A DNA stretch of 64,000 nt, taken from positions 776 through 64,775 of the forward strand of contig JAEUQO010000097.1 in NCBI GenBank assembly GCA_016789605.1. The letters run 5' to 3'. Positions 1 through 10,589 of this stretch are shown in pieces. The DNA comes from Acidobacteriota bacterium (GTDB lineage: Bacteria > Acidobacteriota > Blastocatellia > RBC074). The position numbers and the translations under genes are program-made. A model generated the notes under the pieces. It searched no databases. It was not told where the DNA came from and worked only from the letters and a program-made list of their open reading frames with translations. Position 1 is the stretch's first letter. Every line of letters starts with the position of its first letter.

Positions 1-1374
1 AAACCGCTGACCAATCTGGTCATCATCACCTCCATCGTTTCGATCATCCTGACCTTTGTCGTGTCGAAGCTGATGATTCCGAACCTGGGCGATGGTTCTT
101 TGTGGTGGAAGCTGTCCATCATCATTTCCTGCGGCACGGCGGCAGGCGCGATCATCCCTGAACTGGTCAAAGTCTTCACCTCGACCGAATCCCGGCACGT
201 CAGCGAAGTCGTCACCTCTTCGAAGGAAGGCGGCGCATCGCTCAACATCCTATCCGGCTTGGTGGCCGGAAACTTTTCTGCTTACTGGTTGGGCATCAGC
301 ATCGTCGCATTAATGGCGATTGCTTATGCTTTCAGCCTGGAAGGTTTGGGCGCATTGATGGTCGCTCCCGCAGTCTTCGCTTTTGGTTTGGTCGCCTTCG
401 GATTTTTGGGCATGGGCCCGGTAACCATCGCCGTGGATTCTTACGGTCCGGTGACAGACAACGCACAATCCGTTTACGAATTGTCGTTGATCGAACAGGT
501 TCCCAACATCGAATCCGAAGTCAAAAAAGATTTCGGCATAACGGTCAATTTTGATCGCGCCAAATACTTGCTGGAAGAAAACGACGGCGCGGGTAACACC
601 TTCAAGGCGACGGCCAAACCGGTGTTGATCGGCACGGCGGTGGTGGGCGCAACGACGATGATCTTTTCGATCATTATGTCGTTGACCAACGGCCTGACCG
701 AGAACGTGGACAAGCTCTCACTGCTGCACGCGCCTTTCGTACTCGGATTGATTACGGGCGGCGCGGTGATTTACTGGTTCACCGGCGCTTCCACGCAGGC
801 CGTGACCACGGGCGCATACCGCGCGGTCGAATTCATCAAAGCCAACATCAAACTCGAAGGCGTCGAAAAAGCGTCGGTCGAAGACAGCAAAAAAGTCGTC
901 GAAATCTGCACGCAATATGCACAGAAGGGGATGTTCAACATCTTCCTGACGATCTTTTTTGCTTCGCTGGGCTTTGCCTTTGTCGAAGAATACTTCTTCA
1001 TCGGCTACCTGATTTCGATTGCCATCTTTGGCTTGTACCAGGCGATCTTCATGGCCAACGCGGGCGGCGCGTGGGATAACGCCAAGAAGATTGTCGAAGT
1101 CGAACTGAAAGCCAAAGGCACGCCGCTGCACGACGCTTGCGTGGTCGGCGACACGGTCGGCGATCCGTTCAAGGATACCTCGTCGGTGGCGCTGAATCCG
1201 GTCATCAAATTCACGACCTTGTTCGGCTTGCTGGCGGTGGAATTGGCGGTCAGCTTGCGTCATTCCGGCAATAACACATCGCTCAGCCACGTGCTGGCGG
1301 TCGTCTTTACCGTGATTTCGATCTATTTCGTTTACCGTTCGTTTTACGGTATGCGCATCGGATCGGACAACTAA
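1..1374 (+). CDS. hppA: Membrane-bound H+/Na+-translocating pyrophosphatase, C-terminal part (5' end outside the window)
   Basis: Frame 1 is open from nt 1. The protein is polytopic and hydrophobic and carries the PPase signatures AGGAWDNAKK and GDTVGDPFKDTSSVALNPVIKF. Confidence 0.9.
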   Translation, partial: KPLTNLVIITSIVSIILTFVVSKLMIPNLGDGSLWWKLSIIISCGTAAGAIIPELVKVFTSTESRHVSEVVTSSKEGGASLNILSGLVAGNFSAYWLGISIVALMAIAYAFSLEGLGALMVAPAVFAFGLVAFGFLGMGPVTIAVDSYGPVTDNAQSVYELSLIEQVPNIESEVKKDFGITVNFDRAKYLLEENDGAGNTFKATAKPVLIGTAVVGATTMIFSIIMSLTNGLTENVDKLSLLHAPFVLGLITGGAVIYWFTGASTQAVTTGAYRAVEFIKANIKLEGVEKASVEDSKKVVEICTQYAQKGMFNIFLTIFFASLGFAFVEEYFFIGYLISIAIFGLYQAIFMANAGGAWDNAKKIVEVELKAKGTPLHDACVVGDTVGDPFKDTSSVALNPVIKFTTLFGLLAVELAVSLRHSGNNTSLSHVLAVVFTVISIYFVYRSFYGMRIGSDN

Positions 1375-1404
1375 AGCGACGCGCGCCATTTCTGTCATTC
1401 AAGC

Positions 1405-1442
1405 AAAAGGCAGTGATCTTCGCGGGTCGCTGCCTTTTGGTT
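1405..1442 (+). terminator. Intrinsic terminator after hppA
   Basis: Hairpin AAAAGGCAGTGATC-loop-GGTCGCTGCCTTTT followed by GGTTT, about 30 nt after the stop codon. Confidence 0.55.
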
Positions 1443-1455
1443 TATGCTGTGACCG

Positions 1456-2085
1456 GTGAAGCGGACCATGGAAGTACAAAGCGCAGCCCAGACATTTTTT
1501 GCCGCTCAGCGGTTTTCCTTGCCCGATGCAGACGTGCGGCTCTATCTACAGTTTTTTACCGTGGAAGAGAGCAACCGGTTGTTTCGCCTGCTGCGCGCCG
1601 ATACGCCCTGGGCACAACGTCACCTGACGATTTTTGGCAAAACGCATCCTGAACCACGCTTAACCGCGTGGTATGGCGACGAAGGCAAACAGTACAGCTA
1701 TTCGGGATTGACGCTGCATCCGCTGCCGTGGACCGAAACGCTGTGGCAACTCAAAACGCGCCTGGATGCCGTCGCGCAAACCAGTTTTAACAGTGTGCTG
1801 CTCAACCTGTACCGCAACGGGCGCGACAGCAACGGCTGGCATCAGGACAACGAACCGGAGTTAGGCGTCAATCCGATCATCGCTTCACTCAGTTTTGGGG
1901 CAGAGCGGCGCTTTCAGTTGCGACACAAAACGCGCCCGGATGTAGCCAAATTGGAAGTTAACCTGCCGCACGGCAGTTTGTTGCTGATGGCTGGCCCGAC
2001 ACAGCATTTCTGGCAGCATCAAATCCCGAAAACCGCGAAACCCGTCGGCGAGAGAATCAACCTGACGTTTCGCGTCATCAAGTAA
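1456..2085 (+). CDS. alkB: AlkB-family Fe(II)/2-oxoglutarate-dependent DNA/RNA alkylation repair dioxygenase
   Basis: HxD triad member in [11 protein letters not shown], second His in HQIPKT, and C-terminal RINLTFRVI. The length (209 aa) is typical. An in-frame ATG at 1468 is an alternative start. Confidence 0.82.
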   Translation: MKRTMEVQSAAQTFFAAQRFSLPDADVRLYLQFFTVEESNRLFRLLRADTPWAQRHLTIFGKTHPEPRLTAWYGDEGKQYSYSGLTLHPLPWTETLWQLKTRLDAVAQTSFNSVLLNLYRNGRDSNGWHQDNEPELGVNPIIASLSFGAERRFQLRHKTRPDVAKLEVNLPHGSLLLMAGPTQHFWQHQIPKTAKPVGERINLTFRVIK

Positions 2086-2138
2086 CCCATTCTCGCAGTG
2101 ATCACTCAGGCAGCGCCCCTTCTGGAGACTCTTCGCTT

Positions 2139-3773
2139 ATGACCATGACGATGCCTCCTTATCGCGATGTCACTGTCGGCGCGTTGTTGACGCGACTGGC
2201 GGAAAGTTTGCCCAATCACGAAGCGCTGGTTTATGCAGATCGCAACTTGCGCTGGACTTTCGCCGAACTCGAAACTGAAGCGCGCCTGATTGCGCGCGGC
2301 TTGTTGGCTTTGGGCGTGCAGCGTGGCGAACGCGTCGCGGTTTGGGCGACCAATGTGCCGGAATGGGTCGTGTTGCAATTTGCGCTAGCCAAAATCGGAG
2401 CCATTCTGGTCACGGTCAACACGGCGTTGCGCGCACACGAAATTGAGTATTTGTTACGCCAGAGCGAATGCGGCACGGTCATCACCATTCGCGGATTCAA
2501 GGACGTGGATTACGTCGCGGCGTTGCGCGAAATCGGCGCCCTCGGCCAACGACGGCTGCCTGATTTGCAACGCGCGCTGTTTATCGCCCGTCACGCGCAA
2601 GACCAATGCCCGGAAGGATTGTTGCCTTACGACCATTTGCGCACACTGGCAGCGCAAATCAGCGAAGAAGACCTGGACGCACGCGAACGTCAGATCAGCG
2701 TGGATGACGTGATCAACATGCAATACACATCGGGCACGACCGGATTCCCCAAAGGCGTGCAACTTTCCAGCCGCAATATCTTGAACAACGGATATTGGAT
2801 GGGTCAGGGATTGGGCTACACCGCGCAAGACCGGCTGTGTCTGTGCGTGCCGCTCTTTCACTGTTTTGGCTGTGTGATCGGCGTGCTGGGCGCATACACC
2901 CACGGCGCGTGTTTGTGCCCGCTGGAATTTTTTGACGCGCGCAAAGTGCTGGAAACGGTCGAACGCGAACGTTGCACCGCGCTCTATGGCGTGCCGACCA
3001 TGTTTCTGGCCGAAATGGAAGACCCGGAATTCAGCCGTTTCGACCTGTCGTCATTGCGCACGGGCGTGATGGCCGGCGCGCTCTGCCCGGAGGCGCTGAT
3101 GAAACGCGCCATCAGCGAAATGAACTTGCGCGAAATCACCATCATTTATGGTTTGACGGAGGCTTCACCGGGCATCACGCAAACGCGGCGCGACGATACG
3201 TTGGAACGTCGCACGCAAACCGTCGGCACCGTCCTGCCCGAAATGGAAGTGAAGATCATTGATCCGGCGACAGGCCAAACGCTGGGCGCAAACCAGCCGG
3301 GCGAACTGTGTGTGCGCGGTTACAACGTGATGCACGGGTATTACAAAAACTCCAAAGCCACCAACGCCGCGATAGACGATGATTGCTGGTTGCACACGGG
3401 CGATCAGGCGACACTGGACGAAGACGGTTATGTGCGCATCACGGGCCGCATCAAAGACATCATCATTCGCGGCGGCGAAAACATTTCGCCCAAGGAAATC
3501 GAAGACTGGTTGCGTCAGCATCCGGCAGTTTCCGATGTCTATGTTTATGCCATCGCCAGCGAGTTTTTTGGCGAAGAAGTCGCCGCCGCCGTCAGGCTGA
3601 AACCTGACGCAACCATCACCGCAGACGAATTGAAAGCCTTCTGCCAGGGACAGCTTGCGCGCTTCAAGATTCCCAAATATCTGCGGTTTGTCAGCGACTT
3701 TCCCATGACGGCGTCAGGCAAAATCCAGAAATTCAAATTGCGCGAATTGCACGAAGCGGAATTACAACGATGA
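2139..3773 (+). CDS. AMP-dependent acyl-CoA synthetase/ligase
   Basis: AMP-binding motif [11 protein letters not shown], plus TGD and the C-terminal GKIQKFKLR lysine motif. 544 aa. Confidence 0.85.
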   Translation: MTMTMPPYRDVTVGALLTRLAESLPNHEALVYADRNLRWTFAELETEARLIARGLLALGVQRGERVAVWATNVPEWVVLQFALAKIGAILVTVNTALRAHEIEYLLRQSECGTVITIRGFKDVDYVAALREIGALGQRRLPDLQRALFIARHAQDQCPEGLLPYDHLRTLAAQISEEDLDARERQISVDDVINMQYTSGTTGFPKGVQLSSRNILNNGYWMGQGLGYTAQDRLCLCVPLFHCFGCVIGVLGAYTHGACLCPLEFFDARKVLETVERERCTALYGVPTMFLAEMEDPEFSRFDLSSLRTGVMAGALCPEALMKRAISEMNLREITIIYGLTEASPGITQTRRDDTLERRTQTVGTVLPEMEVKIIDPATGQTLGANQPGELCVRGYNVMHGYYKNSKATNAAIDDDCWLHTGDQATLDEDGYVRITGRIKDIIIRGGENISPKEIEDWLRQHPAVSDVYVYAIASEFFGEEVAAAVRLKPDATITADELKAFCQGQLARFKIPKYLRFVSDFPMTASGKIQKFKLRELHEAELQR

Positions 3774-4228
3774 GCGCTCAATCACACACAGCCGTGGCCC
3801 GCGCCCAGTTTCCCTATTGGACCAGGATCGAAGTCCGTTGGGGCGATATGGATGCGATGGGGCACGTCAACAACGCCGTCTATTTCAAATACTGCGAATC
3901 AGCACGCATCGAACTGTTGCGCAAGCTCGGCATCAAAGGCCGCGCCGAAGGCAGCACGCACGGCCCGACGCTGGTACATGCGGCCTGCGATTTCAAACGC
4001 GAGGTGAAATATCCGGCCACGCTGGAAGTCGGCGTCGCCATCGAAAGCGTCACCCAACGCAGCTTTCGCATGCAATACGCAATGTTTCTCGACCAAACCG
4101 ACACGCTGATTGCCGTTGCCACCAGCGTCAACGCCTGGCTGGATTATCACGCCGGTCACGCCATCAAAATCCCTGACGAATTGCGCGCGGCATTGCAGCA
4201 ATATCAAAAGCCGGAGCAACAGGCATGA
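3770..4228 (+). CDS. Acyl-CoA thioesterase, 4HBT/YbgC-like hotdog fold
   Basis: N-terminal [19 protein letters not shown] motif. The start overlaps the upstream stop by 4 nt (ATGA). Confidence 0.7.
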   Translation: MSAQSHTAVARAQFPYWTRIEVRWGDMDAMGHVNNAVYFKYCESARIELLRKLGIKGRAEGSTHGPTLVHAACDFKREVKYPATLEVGVAIESVTQRSFRMQYAMFLDQTDTLIAVATSVNAWLDYHAGHAIKIPDELRAALQQYQKPEQQA

Positions 4229-4806
4229 GAGTCATCACCGGCCTGTACAAAGGCCGCCGCTTAAAAACGCTGGAAGGATTGTCAGTTCGTCCCACGTCTG
4301 ACCGATTGCGCGAAACGCTGTTCAACATTCTCGCCCCGCGCATCGAAGGCGCGCGGTTTGTGGACGTCTGCGCCGGTTCGGGAGCCGTCGGCATCGAAGC
4401 GCTTTCGCGCGGCGCGGCGCACGTGACCTTTATCGAATCTGCCCGCAAAGCCATCGCGATCATGCGCGAAAACCTGGCGCATTGCGGCATCAGCGAAAAC
4501 TTCAAGCTGATTCCGCGTGACGCGGTACAAGCGCTCAAATACTTCGCGCAGGAACAACAACAGTTCGATATTTTCTATCTCGATCCGCCATACGCATCGC
4601 CGATTTATTCGTCGGTGTTATGGCAAATCGCGCAAGGGAATTTGCTGGCCGACGATGGCATCGTGATTGTCGAACATCGCCGCGACACGCCGTTGCTGCC
4701 CAATTACGACCGGCTGCGTCCTTACCGGCAAGTGCCGCAAGGCGAATCCTGTCTGACTTTTTACGAGCTTGAGGCCGTGCTACCATCCGCGCCGCTCAAT
4801 TCCTGA
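4225..4806 (+). CDS. rsmD: 16S rRNA (guanine966-N2)-methyltransferase RsmD
   Basis: MRVITGxxKGRRL and [15 protein letters not shown] at the N-terminus, SAM motif [12 protein letters not shown], and DPPY. It sits directly upstream of coaD, the classic pairing. Confidence 0.85.
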   Translation: MRVITGLYKGRRLKTLEGLSVRPTSDRLRETLFNILAPRIEGARFVDVCAGSGAVGIEALSRGAAHVTFIESARKAIAIMRENLAHCGISENFKLIPRDAVQALKYFAQEQQQFDIFYLDPPYASPIYSSVLWQIAQGNLLADDGIVIVEHRRDTPLLPNYDRLRPYRQVPQGESCLTFYELEAVLPSAPLNS

Positions 4807-4821
4807 TTCGGAGAGATTCTT

Positions 4822-5316
4822 TTGGCAAAGCGCGCAATCTATCCCGGCACATTCGACCCGTTGACCAACGGACACATAGACATCATCGCTCGTGCTTGTC
4901 ATTTGTTTGATGAAGTCGTGGTGGCCATTCTGGTCAATCCGGGCAAACAACCGCTCTTTACCGTCGAAGAGCGCATAGAGATTTTGCACGCCGTACTGAC
5001 GCCGCAATTTCCGCAAGTGCGCCTGGCAACGTTTCAGGGCTTGCTGGTCGAATTTGCGCGTGCACAGCAAGCTGACGCCATCATTCGCGGCGTCCGCTCG
5101 GTCAAGGATTACGATTACGAATTGCCGATGGTCTTGATGAATCGCCGCTTGCATCCGCAACTCGAAACCGTCCTGCTCGTCGCAGCAGAGGAAAACTCCT
5201 TTGTCAGTTCCAGCCTGATGAAAGAAGTCTTTAGCCTGGGCGGTTCGATTGACGGGCTGGTGCCTGAACTTGTCATCCAGCGAATGCAAGAAAAACGTTC
5301 TCAAAAATCCTCTTAA
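4822..5316 (+). CDS. coaD: Phosphopantetheine adenylyltransferase
   Basis: [16 protein letters not shown] nucleotidyltransferase motif. 164 aa. Confidence 0.92.
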   Translation: MAKRAIYPGTFDPLTNGHIDIIARACHLFDEVVVAILVNPGKQPLFTVEERIEILHAVLTPQFPQVRLATFQGLLVEFARAQQADAIIRGVRSVKDYDYELPMVLMNRRLHPQLETVLLVAAEENSFVSSSLMKEVFSLGGSIDGLVPELVIQRMQEKRSQKSS

Positions 5317-5334
5317 TTGTCTGACGCAAGCATC

Positions 5335-6543
5335 ATGACGCAAGCACCATCTCTTCCCGTCTTTCCGCGCTCGACGCGGGCACAAATGACTGGCTTCTCT
5401 TCGACTGCGGCGGTGTTACAGGCTGCCGACAAACTGCGCGCGCAAGGCGTGCAAGTCATTGATCTGGGCGTAGGCGAACCCGACTTTCCGACGCCCGAAC
5501 ACATCAAAGCCGCAGGCAAACAGGCGCTCGACGAAAACTTCACCAAGTACACGACCTCTGCCGGCATCGTTCCGTTGCGCCAGGCGGTTTGCGATTACAT
5601 CAATGGCAATTTCGGTTCGGATTACACGCTGGAACAATGTTGCATTGTGCTCGGCGGTAAACAGGGCATCTTTAACGCAGTGATGTCGCTGATCAATCCG
5701 GGCGATGATGTGTTGATTGAAAATCCTGGCTGGGTCTCGTTTCCGGAAATCGTGCATTTTGCCGAAGCCAATCCGGTCAGAATCAACACCGAGGCAACCG
5801 ACTTTCACCTGACCGCCGACATGGTCAAAGCCGCCATCACGCCGAAATCCAAACTGATCATTATCAATTCGCCGTCGAATCCGACGGGCCGCGTGATTGC
5901 ACCGGCGGAATATCGCAAGATCATCGAAACCGCTGCCGAACACGATATGTGGGTGATTTCAGATGAGTGCTATTTGCAATTTGTCTATGCACCGGCGCAG
6001 GTCAATTCTGCCGCCGCGCTGCCGCCGGAATTGCGCGCACGCGTGCTGGTTGCCGGATCGCTTTCCAAAACCTATGCGATGACTGGCTGGCGCATCGGCT
6101 TCACGCTCGGCCCGCGCGAGTGGGTGGCCGAAGTGCTCAAAATTCAAAGTCAGTCTGCGACACAAGCGGCGTCTATCGCGCAAAAAGCCGCCATCGCCGC
6201 GCTGACGCAATCACAAGACCCCGTCAAACAAATGCTGGCAGAATACCAACGGCGCGCAGACTGGTTCATCCCGGCGCTGAACGAAATTCCCGGCATCGCC
6301 TGTAGCCGCCCCGAAGGCGCGTTTTACGCCTTCCCGAACGTCAAGGAATTGGCGCGCAATTGCGGTTACGCCACGTCAAAAGAGTTGTCCCACGCGCTGC
6401 TGCACAAATACGGTCTGGTGACGACCGATGGCGCGGCCTTTGGCGCAGAAGGTTATTTGCGCCTGTCCTTTGCTAATTCAATGGAAGCGCTGCAAGCTGC
6501 CATTGAGCGCTTGCGGCAATTGGTCAACGACCATCGCCGCTAA
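5335..6543 (+). CDS. Class I/II PLP-dependent aminotransferase (aspartate aminotransferase-like)
   Basis: PLP-lysine motif [14 protein letters not shown] and NPSNPTG. The ORF track starts at TTG 5317; the first ATG is 5335. Confidence 0.85.
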   Translation: MTQAPSLPVFPRSTRAQMTGFSSTAAVLQAADKLRAQGVQVIDLGVGEPDFPTPEHIKAAGKQALDENFTKYTTSAGIVPLRQAVCDYINGNFGSDYTLEQCCIVLGGKQGIFNAVMSLINPGDDVLIENPGWVSFPEIVHFAEANPVRINTEATDFHLTADMVKAAITPKSKLIIINSPSNPTGRVIAPAEYRKIIETAAEHDMWVISDECYLQFVYAPAQVNSAAALPPELRARVLVAGSLSKTYAMTGWRIGFTLGPREWVAEVLKIQSQSATQAASIAQKAAIAALTQSQDPVKQMLAEYQRRADWFIPALNEIPGIACSRPEGAFYAFPNVKELARNCGYATSKELSHALLHKYGLVTTDGAAFGAEGYLRLSFANSMEALQAAIERLRQLVNDHRR

Positions 6544-6571
6544 CGATTTCCCTCCAGCCTGCGAGCCGCGC

Positions 6572-6617
6572 AAGCCACGGTTGCAAGCGAACGCTTGCAA
6601 CCGTGGCTTCGTGTTTT
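6572..6617 (+). terminator. Intrinsic terminator after the aminotransferase gene
   Basis: Perfect 18-bp stem AAGCCACGGTTGCAAGCG / CGCTTGCAACCGTGGCTT followed by CGTGTTTTG. Confidence 0.65.
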
Positions 6618-6668
6618 GACCGACAAAAATTTGCGACGATTTCCGCCTAAGCTCTTTGTCGATTTATC

Positions 6669-8192
6669 ATGGCAAAACCGTCGGTTCAACTTGTCTGGTT
6701 CAAGCGTGATTTGCGCGTGCGCGATCACCGCCCGCTTTATGAAGCCGCACAACGCGGCGCGGTATTACCGCTGTACATCATCGAACCGAGTTTGCTACAC
6801 GCACCCGATTTTGCGCCTTCGCACTGGACGTTTTTGCGGGACTGTTTGCGAGAATTGCGCGCTGAGTTGGCCAAGCTTGGCCAGCCGCTGATCGTGCGCG
6901 TGGGTGAGACATTGCCGGTACTGCAAAGTTTCGCAGAACAATTTCACCTGAGCATTTGGTCGCACGAAGAAACAAGCAACTGGCTGGCATATCGGCGCGA
7001 TCAAGCCGTACGCCGTTGGCGACGCGAGCAAAACATCGAATATCACGAACTGCCCTGCAACGGCGTGGTGCGGCGGCTGAAAAGCCGTGATGAATGGGCC
7101 GCCATTTGGGAAGAACGCATGCGCCAACCCAAGACACCGATGCCAAAGGCGTTGACGCCGATACCAGGAATTGAGCCCGGCGCGATCCCTACGCACGAAG
7201 AACTGGGCTTAACACCAGATAAGCGGGCCGACGCCATTCAACGCGGCGGCGAAATCGCCGGGCGTCGTTGGCTTACAAGCTTCTTTCAAGTACGTGGCGT
7301 CAATTACCAACGCGGACTTTCAAGCCCTCTAAGCGCCGCCGATGCGTGCTCGCGGCTCAGCCCCTATCTGACCTGGGGCAGCCTTTCAACCAAACAAGTC
7401 GTGCAGGAGTTACGCGAAAATCTGGCTTCTGCCACGCCGCGTTGGGAACGTTCGCTGCTCGCCTTTCAGTCTCGTCTGTATTGGCGCTGCCATTTCATAC
7501 AGAAACTCGAAGACGAACCGGCGCTTGAGAACCAGAACTTCGTACGCGCTTATGACGGATTGCGCGAAAGCGAATTTGCCCCAGAAAAATTTGGCGCCTG
7601 GCAACACGGCGCCACAGGCTTTCCGATGATTGACGCCTGTATGCGCATGCTGAACGCGACGGGTTGGTTGAATTTTCGTATGCGTTCGATGTTGACAGCA
7701 TTTGCGGCTTACGATTTATGGCTGCATTGGCGGGAACCGGCGTTACATCTGGCACGGCAATTTGTGGATTACGAACCCGGCATTCATTACTGCCAGATGC
7801 AAATGCAATCCGGCACCAGCGGTCACACGACCATTCGGCTGTATAACCCAACCAAACAGGCACAAGACCACGATCCGAACGGAGAATTCATCACTCGCTG
7901 GTTGCCGGAATTGCGCGCAGTGCCCGTGGCATTTCGCCATACGCCGTGGCTGATGAGCGGCGAACAGCAACGCAAAGCGGGTTGTCTGATCGGCAAGCAT
8001 TACCCCGCGCCGATCGTGGATCACGAACGGGCAATCCGCCACGCACGGCAACGGATTTCCGCGTTTCGCCGTAATCCGCAACTGGCAGAAGAAGTTTCCG
8101 CCGTTTTTCAGAAACACGGCAGCCGTCGCCAAATGCCTGAAGCTCGTAAAAAAGCTGCGCCATCAAATCAGTTGCGCTTGTTTGACGACTGA
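6669..8192 (+). CDS. Photolyase/cryptochrome-family FAD flavoprotein
   Basis: N-terminal LVWFKRDLRVRDHRPL photolyase motif, SRLSPYLTWGSLS, and a C-terminal FAD-binding region (DYEPGIHYCQMQMQSG). 507 aa. Confidence 0.8.
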   Translation: MAKPSVQLVWFKRDLRVRDHRPLYEAAQRGAVLPLYIIEPSLLHAPDFAPSHWTFLRDCLRELRAELAKLGQPLIVRVGETLPVLQSFAEQFHLSIWSHEETSNWLAYRRDQAVRRWRREQNIEYHELPCNGVVRRLKSRDEWAAIWEERMRQPKTPMPKALTPIPGIEPGAIPTHEELGLTPDKRADAIQRGGEIAGRRWLTSFFQVRGVNYQRGLSSPLSAADACSRLSPYLTWGSLSTKQVVQELRENLASATPRWERSLLAFQSRLYWRCHFIQKLEDEPALENQNFVRAYDGLRESEFAPEKFGAWQHGATGFPMIDACMRMLNATGWLNFRMRSMLTAFAAYDLWLHWREPALHLARQFVDYEPGIHYCQMQMQSGTSGHTTIRLYNPTKQAQDHDPNGEFITRWLPELRAVPVAFRHTPWLMSGEQQRKAGCLIGKHYPAPIVDHERAIRHARQRISAFRRNPQLAEEVSAVFQKHGSRRQMPEARKKAAPSNQLRLFDD

Positions 8193-8194
8193 AC

Positions 8195-8929
8195 TCAAAG
8201 CACATGCTCGTCAGGCTGCAAAAACCGCCACTGCCCTTCTGGCAAACGCCCAAGTTTCAAATTGCCGATGCGCACACGTTTCAACCCGACGACCTGTAAA
8301 CCGACGGCTTCGCACATGCGGCGGATTTGGCGTTTGCGACCTTCGCGCAACACAAAGCGAAGCTGATCACGGTTGAGCCATTCGACTTTCGCTGGCAACA
8401 GCGGTTTACCGTCAAGTTCCAATCCATGCCGCAACAAACGCAATTTGCTGTCTGGCAATGAACCGACGACCCGCACCAGATATTCTTTTTCGACGTCGCT
8501 GCGTTCTCCGATGATTTGTTTGGCCAGACGGCCATCTTGTGTGAACAGCAACAAGCCTTGCGAATCAATATCCAGGCGTCCGGCGACGGCCAAGCCTTTC
8601 AAATGTTCGGGACGCAAGCGAGTTCCGGTTTTCTCGAATTGATTGGCGGCGGTCAGCAATGTAATGGCAGGCGTGTATCCGGGTTCTGGCTGGGCAGAAA
8701 CGTAGCCGATGGGTTTGTTCAGCAGGATGGTGACGAGCTTGTTTTGTTGTTTGACGGCTTGCGGCGCAAGTTTGACCTCTACGTCGGGTGAGACTTTGGT
8801 GCCCAGTTGACTCACGACCTGGCCATTCACCAACACCAAACCTTTTTCGATAAAGGCATCTGCTTCGCGGCGGGAACAGATGCCTCGCTCGGCCATCAGC
8901 TTGGACAACCGTATCAGTTCATCGCTCAT
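8195..8929 (-). CDS. RsuA/RluB/RluF-family rRNA pseudouridine synthase with N-terminal S4 domain
   Basis: S4 motif [20 protein letters not shown] and catalytic [14 protein letters not shown]. The start lies 2 nt after the stop of the upstream DUF1501 gene. Confidence 0.85.
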   Translation of the reverse strand: MSDELIRLSKLMAERGICSRREADAFIEKGLVLVNGQVVSQLGTKVSPDVEVKLAPQAVKQQNKLVTILLNKPIGYVSAQPEPGYTPAITLLTAANQFEKTGTRLRPEHLKGLAVAGRLDIDSQGLLLFTQDGRLAKQIIGERSDVEKEYLVRVVGSLPDSKLRLLRHGLELDGKPLLPAKVEWLNRDQLRFVLREGRKRQIRRMCEAVGLQVVGLKRVRIGNLKLGRLPEGQWRFLQPDEHVL

Positions 8930-8931
8930 GC

Positions 8932-10380
8932 TTACGCCAACAGCTTTTCGACCAATTCGCCGTGCACGTCCGTCAGGCGGAAATCGCGCCCCTGGAAGCG
9001 ATAGGTCAATCGCGTGTGATCAAATCCGAGCTGATGCAAGATCGTGGCGTGCAAGTCGTGCACGGTCACCGGGTCTTTGACGACGTTAAAACCGAATTCG
9101 TCGGTTTCGCCCACGGTGATGCCCGGTTTGAATCCGCCGCCCGCCACAAACATGGTGAACGATTTGTTGTGATGATCGCGGCCCAGGCTGCGATTGGCAT
9201 CGGGATCGCTTTCGACCATCGGTGTGCGGCCAAATTCGCCGCCCCAGATCAAGATGGTGTCTTCCAGCAAACCGCGCTGTTTCAAATCGGCAATCAAGGC
9301 GGTGGTCGCCTGATCGGTCTGTTTGCACTGGTTTCTGACACCTTTGGCGACTTCGCTATGATGATCCCAGGCTTCGTGGAAAAGCTGTACAAACCGCACG
9401 CCGCGTTCGAGCAAGCGACGCGCCAACAAACAATTGTTGGCATACGAAGCCTTGCCCGGCGTTGCGCCATACATCTCCAGCGTGGCCTTGGATTCCTTGG
9501 ACAAATCCATCAGTTCCGGCGCGCTTTCTTGCATGCGATACGCCATTTCAAAGGCATTGACGCGCGTCGCAATTTCAGGATCGCCGGTCATTTCCAGATG
9601 ATGCTCGTTGATCGCCTTGAGCGTATCCAGCGAACGCCGCTGCATTTCGCGCGTGATGCCGCGCGGATTCGACAGCGACAAAATCGGATCGCCGCTGCGA
9701 CGGAACGGGACTCCTTGATATAGGGTCGGCAAAAAGCCACAGCCCCAATTCGACGCGCCGCCGCTGGTGCCGCCACCGGAAGACAACACGACGAAGGCGG
9801 GCAAATCTTGCGTCTCGCTGCCCAGTCCATACGTCACCCAAGCGCCGAAACTGGGCCGTCCAAATTGCACCGAACCGGTATTCATAAAAATCTGGCCCGG
9901 CGCGTGGTTGATGGCTTCGGTTGTCATCGAACGGATGATCGTGATGTCATCAACGACTTTGGGCAGATATTGAAAAGCGTCAGACAATTCCGCGCCCGAT
10001 TGGCCGTGTTTGGCAAACTTGAATTCTGAGGCGTACAGCCCGGCATCCGGTTTGATGAAGGCGTAATTGATGCCTTTGACGAATTCCTGTGGCACCGGTT
10101 TGCCGTTGTATTTCACCAGCCCCGGTTTGTAATCAAACAGATCAAGCTGTGACGGCGCGCCAGCATGAAACAGATAAATCACGCGTTTGGCCTTGGCGGC
10201 GTGATGCGGCTTTTTGGGTGCGAGCGGATTGCTGCCCGTCCGATTGCCCTGCGCAAAGAGATTGCCATCTAACAGCGACGCCAGGGCCAATGACCCCAGC
10301 CCCATGCCACAATCTTTGAAAAAATGGCGACGCGTCACCAGCTTCTTATATTCACGTTTGATTTCGTCGTGATGAGTCAT
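8932..10380 (-). CDS. DUF1501-family (sulfatase-fold) protein with Tat-type signal
   Basis: [21 protein letters not shown] twin-arginine leader and a C-terminal GRDHH motif typical of DUF1501. Confidence 0.78.
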   Translation of the reverse strand: MTHHDEIKREYKKLVTRRHFFKDCGMGLGSLALASLLDGNLFAQGNRTGSNPLAPKKPHHAAKAKRVIYLFHAGAPSQLDLFDYKPGLVKYNGKPVPQEFVKGINYAFIKPDAGLYASEFKFAKHGQSGAELSDAFQYLPKVVDDITIIRSMTTEAINHAPGQIFMNTGSVQFGRPSFGAWVTYGLGSETQDLPAFVVLSSGGGTSGGASNWGCGFLPTLYQGVPFRRSGDPILSLSNPRGITREMQRRSLDTLKAINEHHLEMTGDPEIATRVNAFEMAYRMQESAPELMDLSKESKATLEMYGATPGKASYANNCLLARRLLERGVRFVQLFHEAWDHHSEVAKGVRNQCKQTDQATTALIADLKQRGLLEDTILIWGGEFGRTPMVESDPDANRSLGRDHHNKSFTMFVAGGGFKPGITVGETDEFGFNVVKDPVTVHDLHATILHQLGFDHTRLTYRFQGRDFRLTDVHGELVEKLLA

Positions 10381-10589
10381 AACGATTCCTTGTATTCGTT
10401 TTGTCTCGTGTCCGGTTTTGTCTGGTAGGGATAAAAACTTCTTGCCCGAAAATCGCCCTCAGCTTACACGGGTTTTTCTGGTTTTACCAAAGCGCTGCGC
10501 CCAAAAACAAAACTGCCGCCAGCGCCAAAGATGGTATGCGTCTTTGGCGCTGGCGGCAGCGGTTTCCCCCAACCAATCTCAAAAGCGGA

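Noticed and set aside
718-1398. 226-aa minus-strand ORF antisense to the pyrophosphatase gene. The same pattern occurs at 4780-5385, 5416-5943, 8962-9723, 15126-15737, 20244-20945, 22770-23252, 27152-27841, 28013-28609, 35463-36173, 49604-50155, 53021-53467 and elsewhere.
   Set aside because: These are shadow ORFs inside genes with strong motif support on the other strand. Their translations are Arg/Ala/Gly/His-rich low-complexity strings typical of antisense frames in GC-rich DNA, and they have no RBS or motifs.
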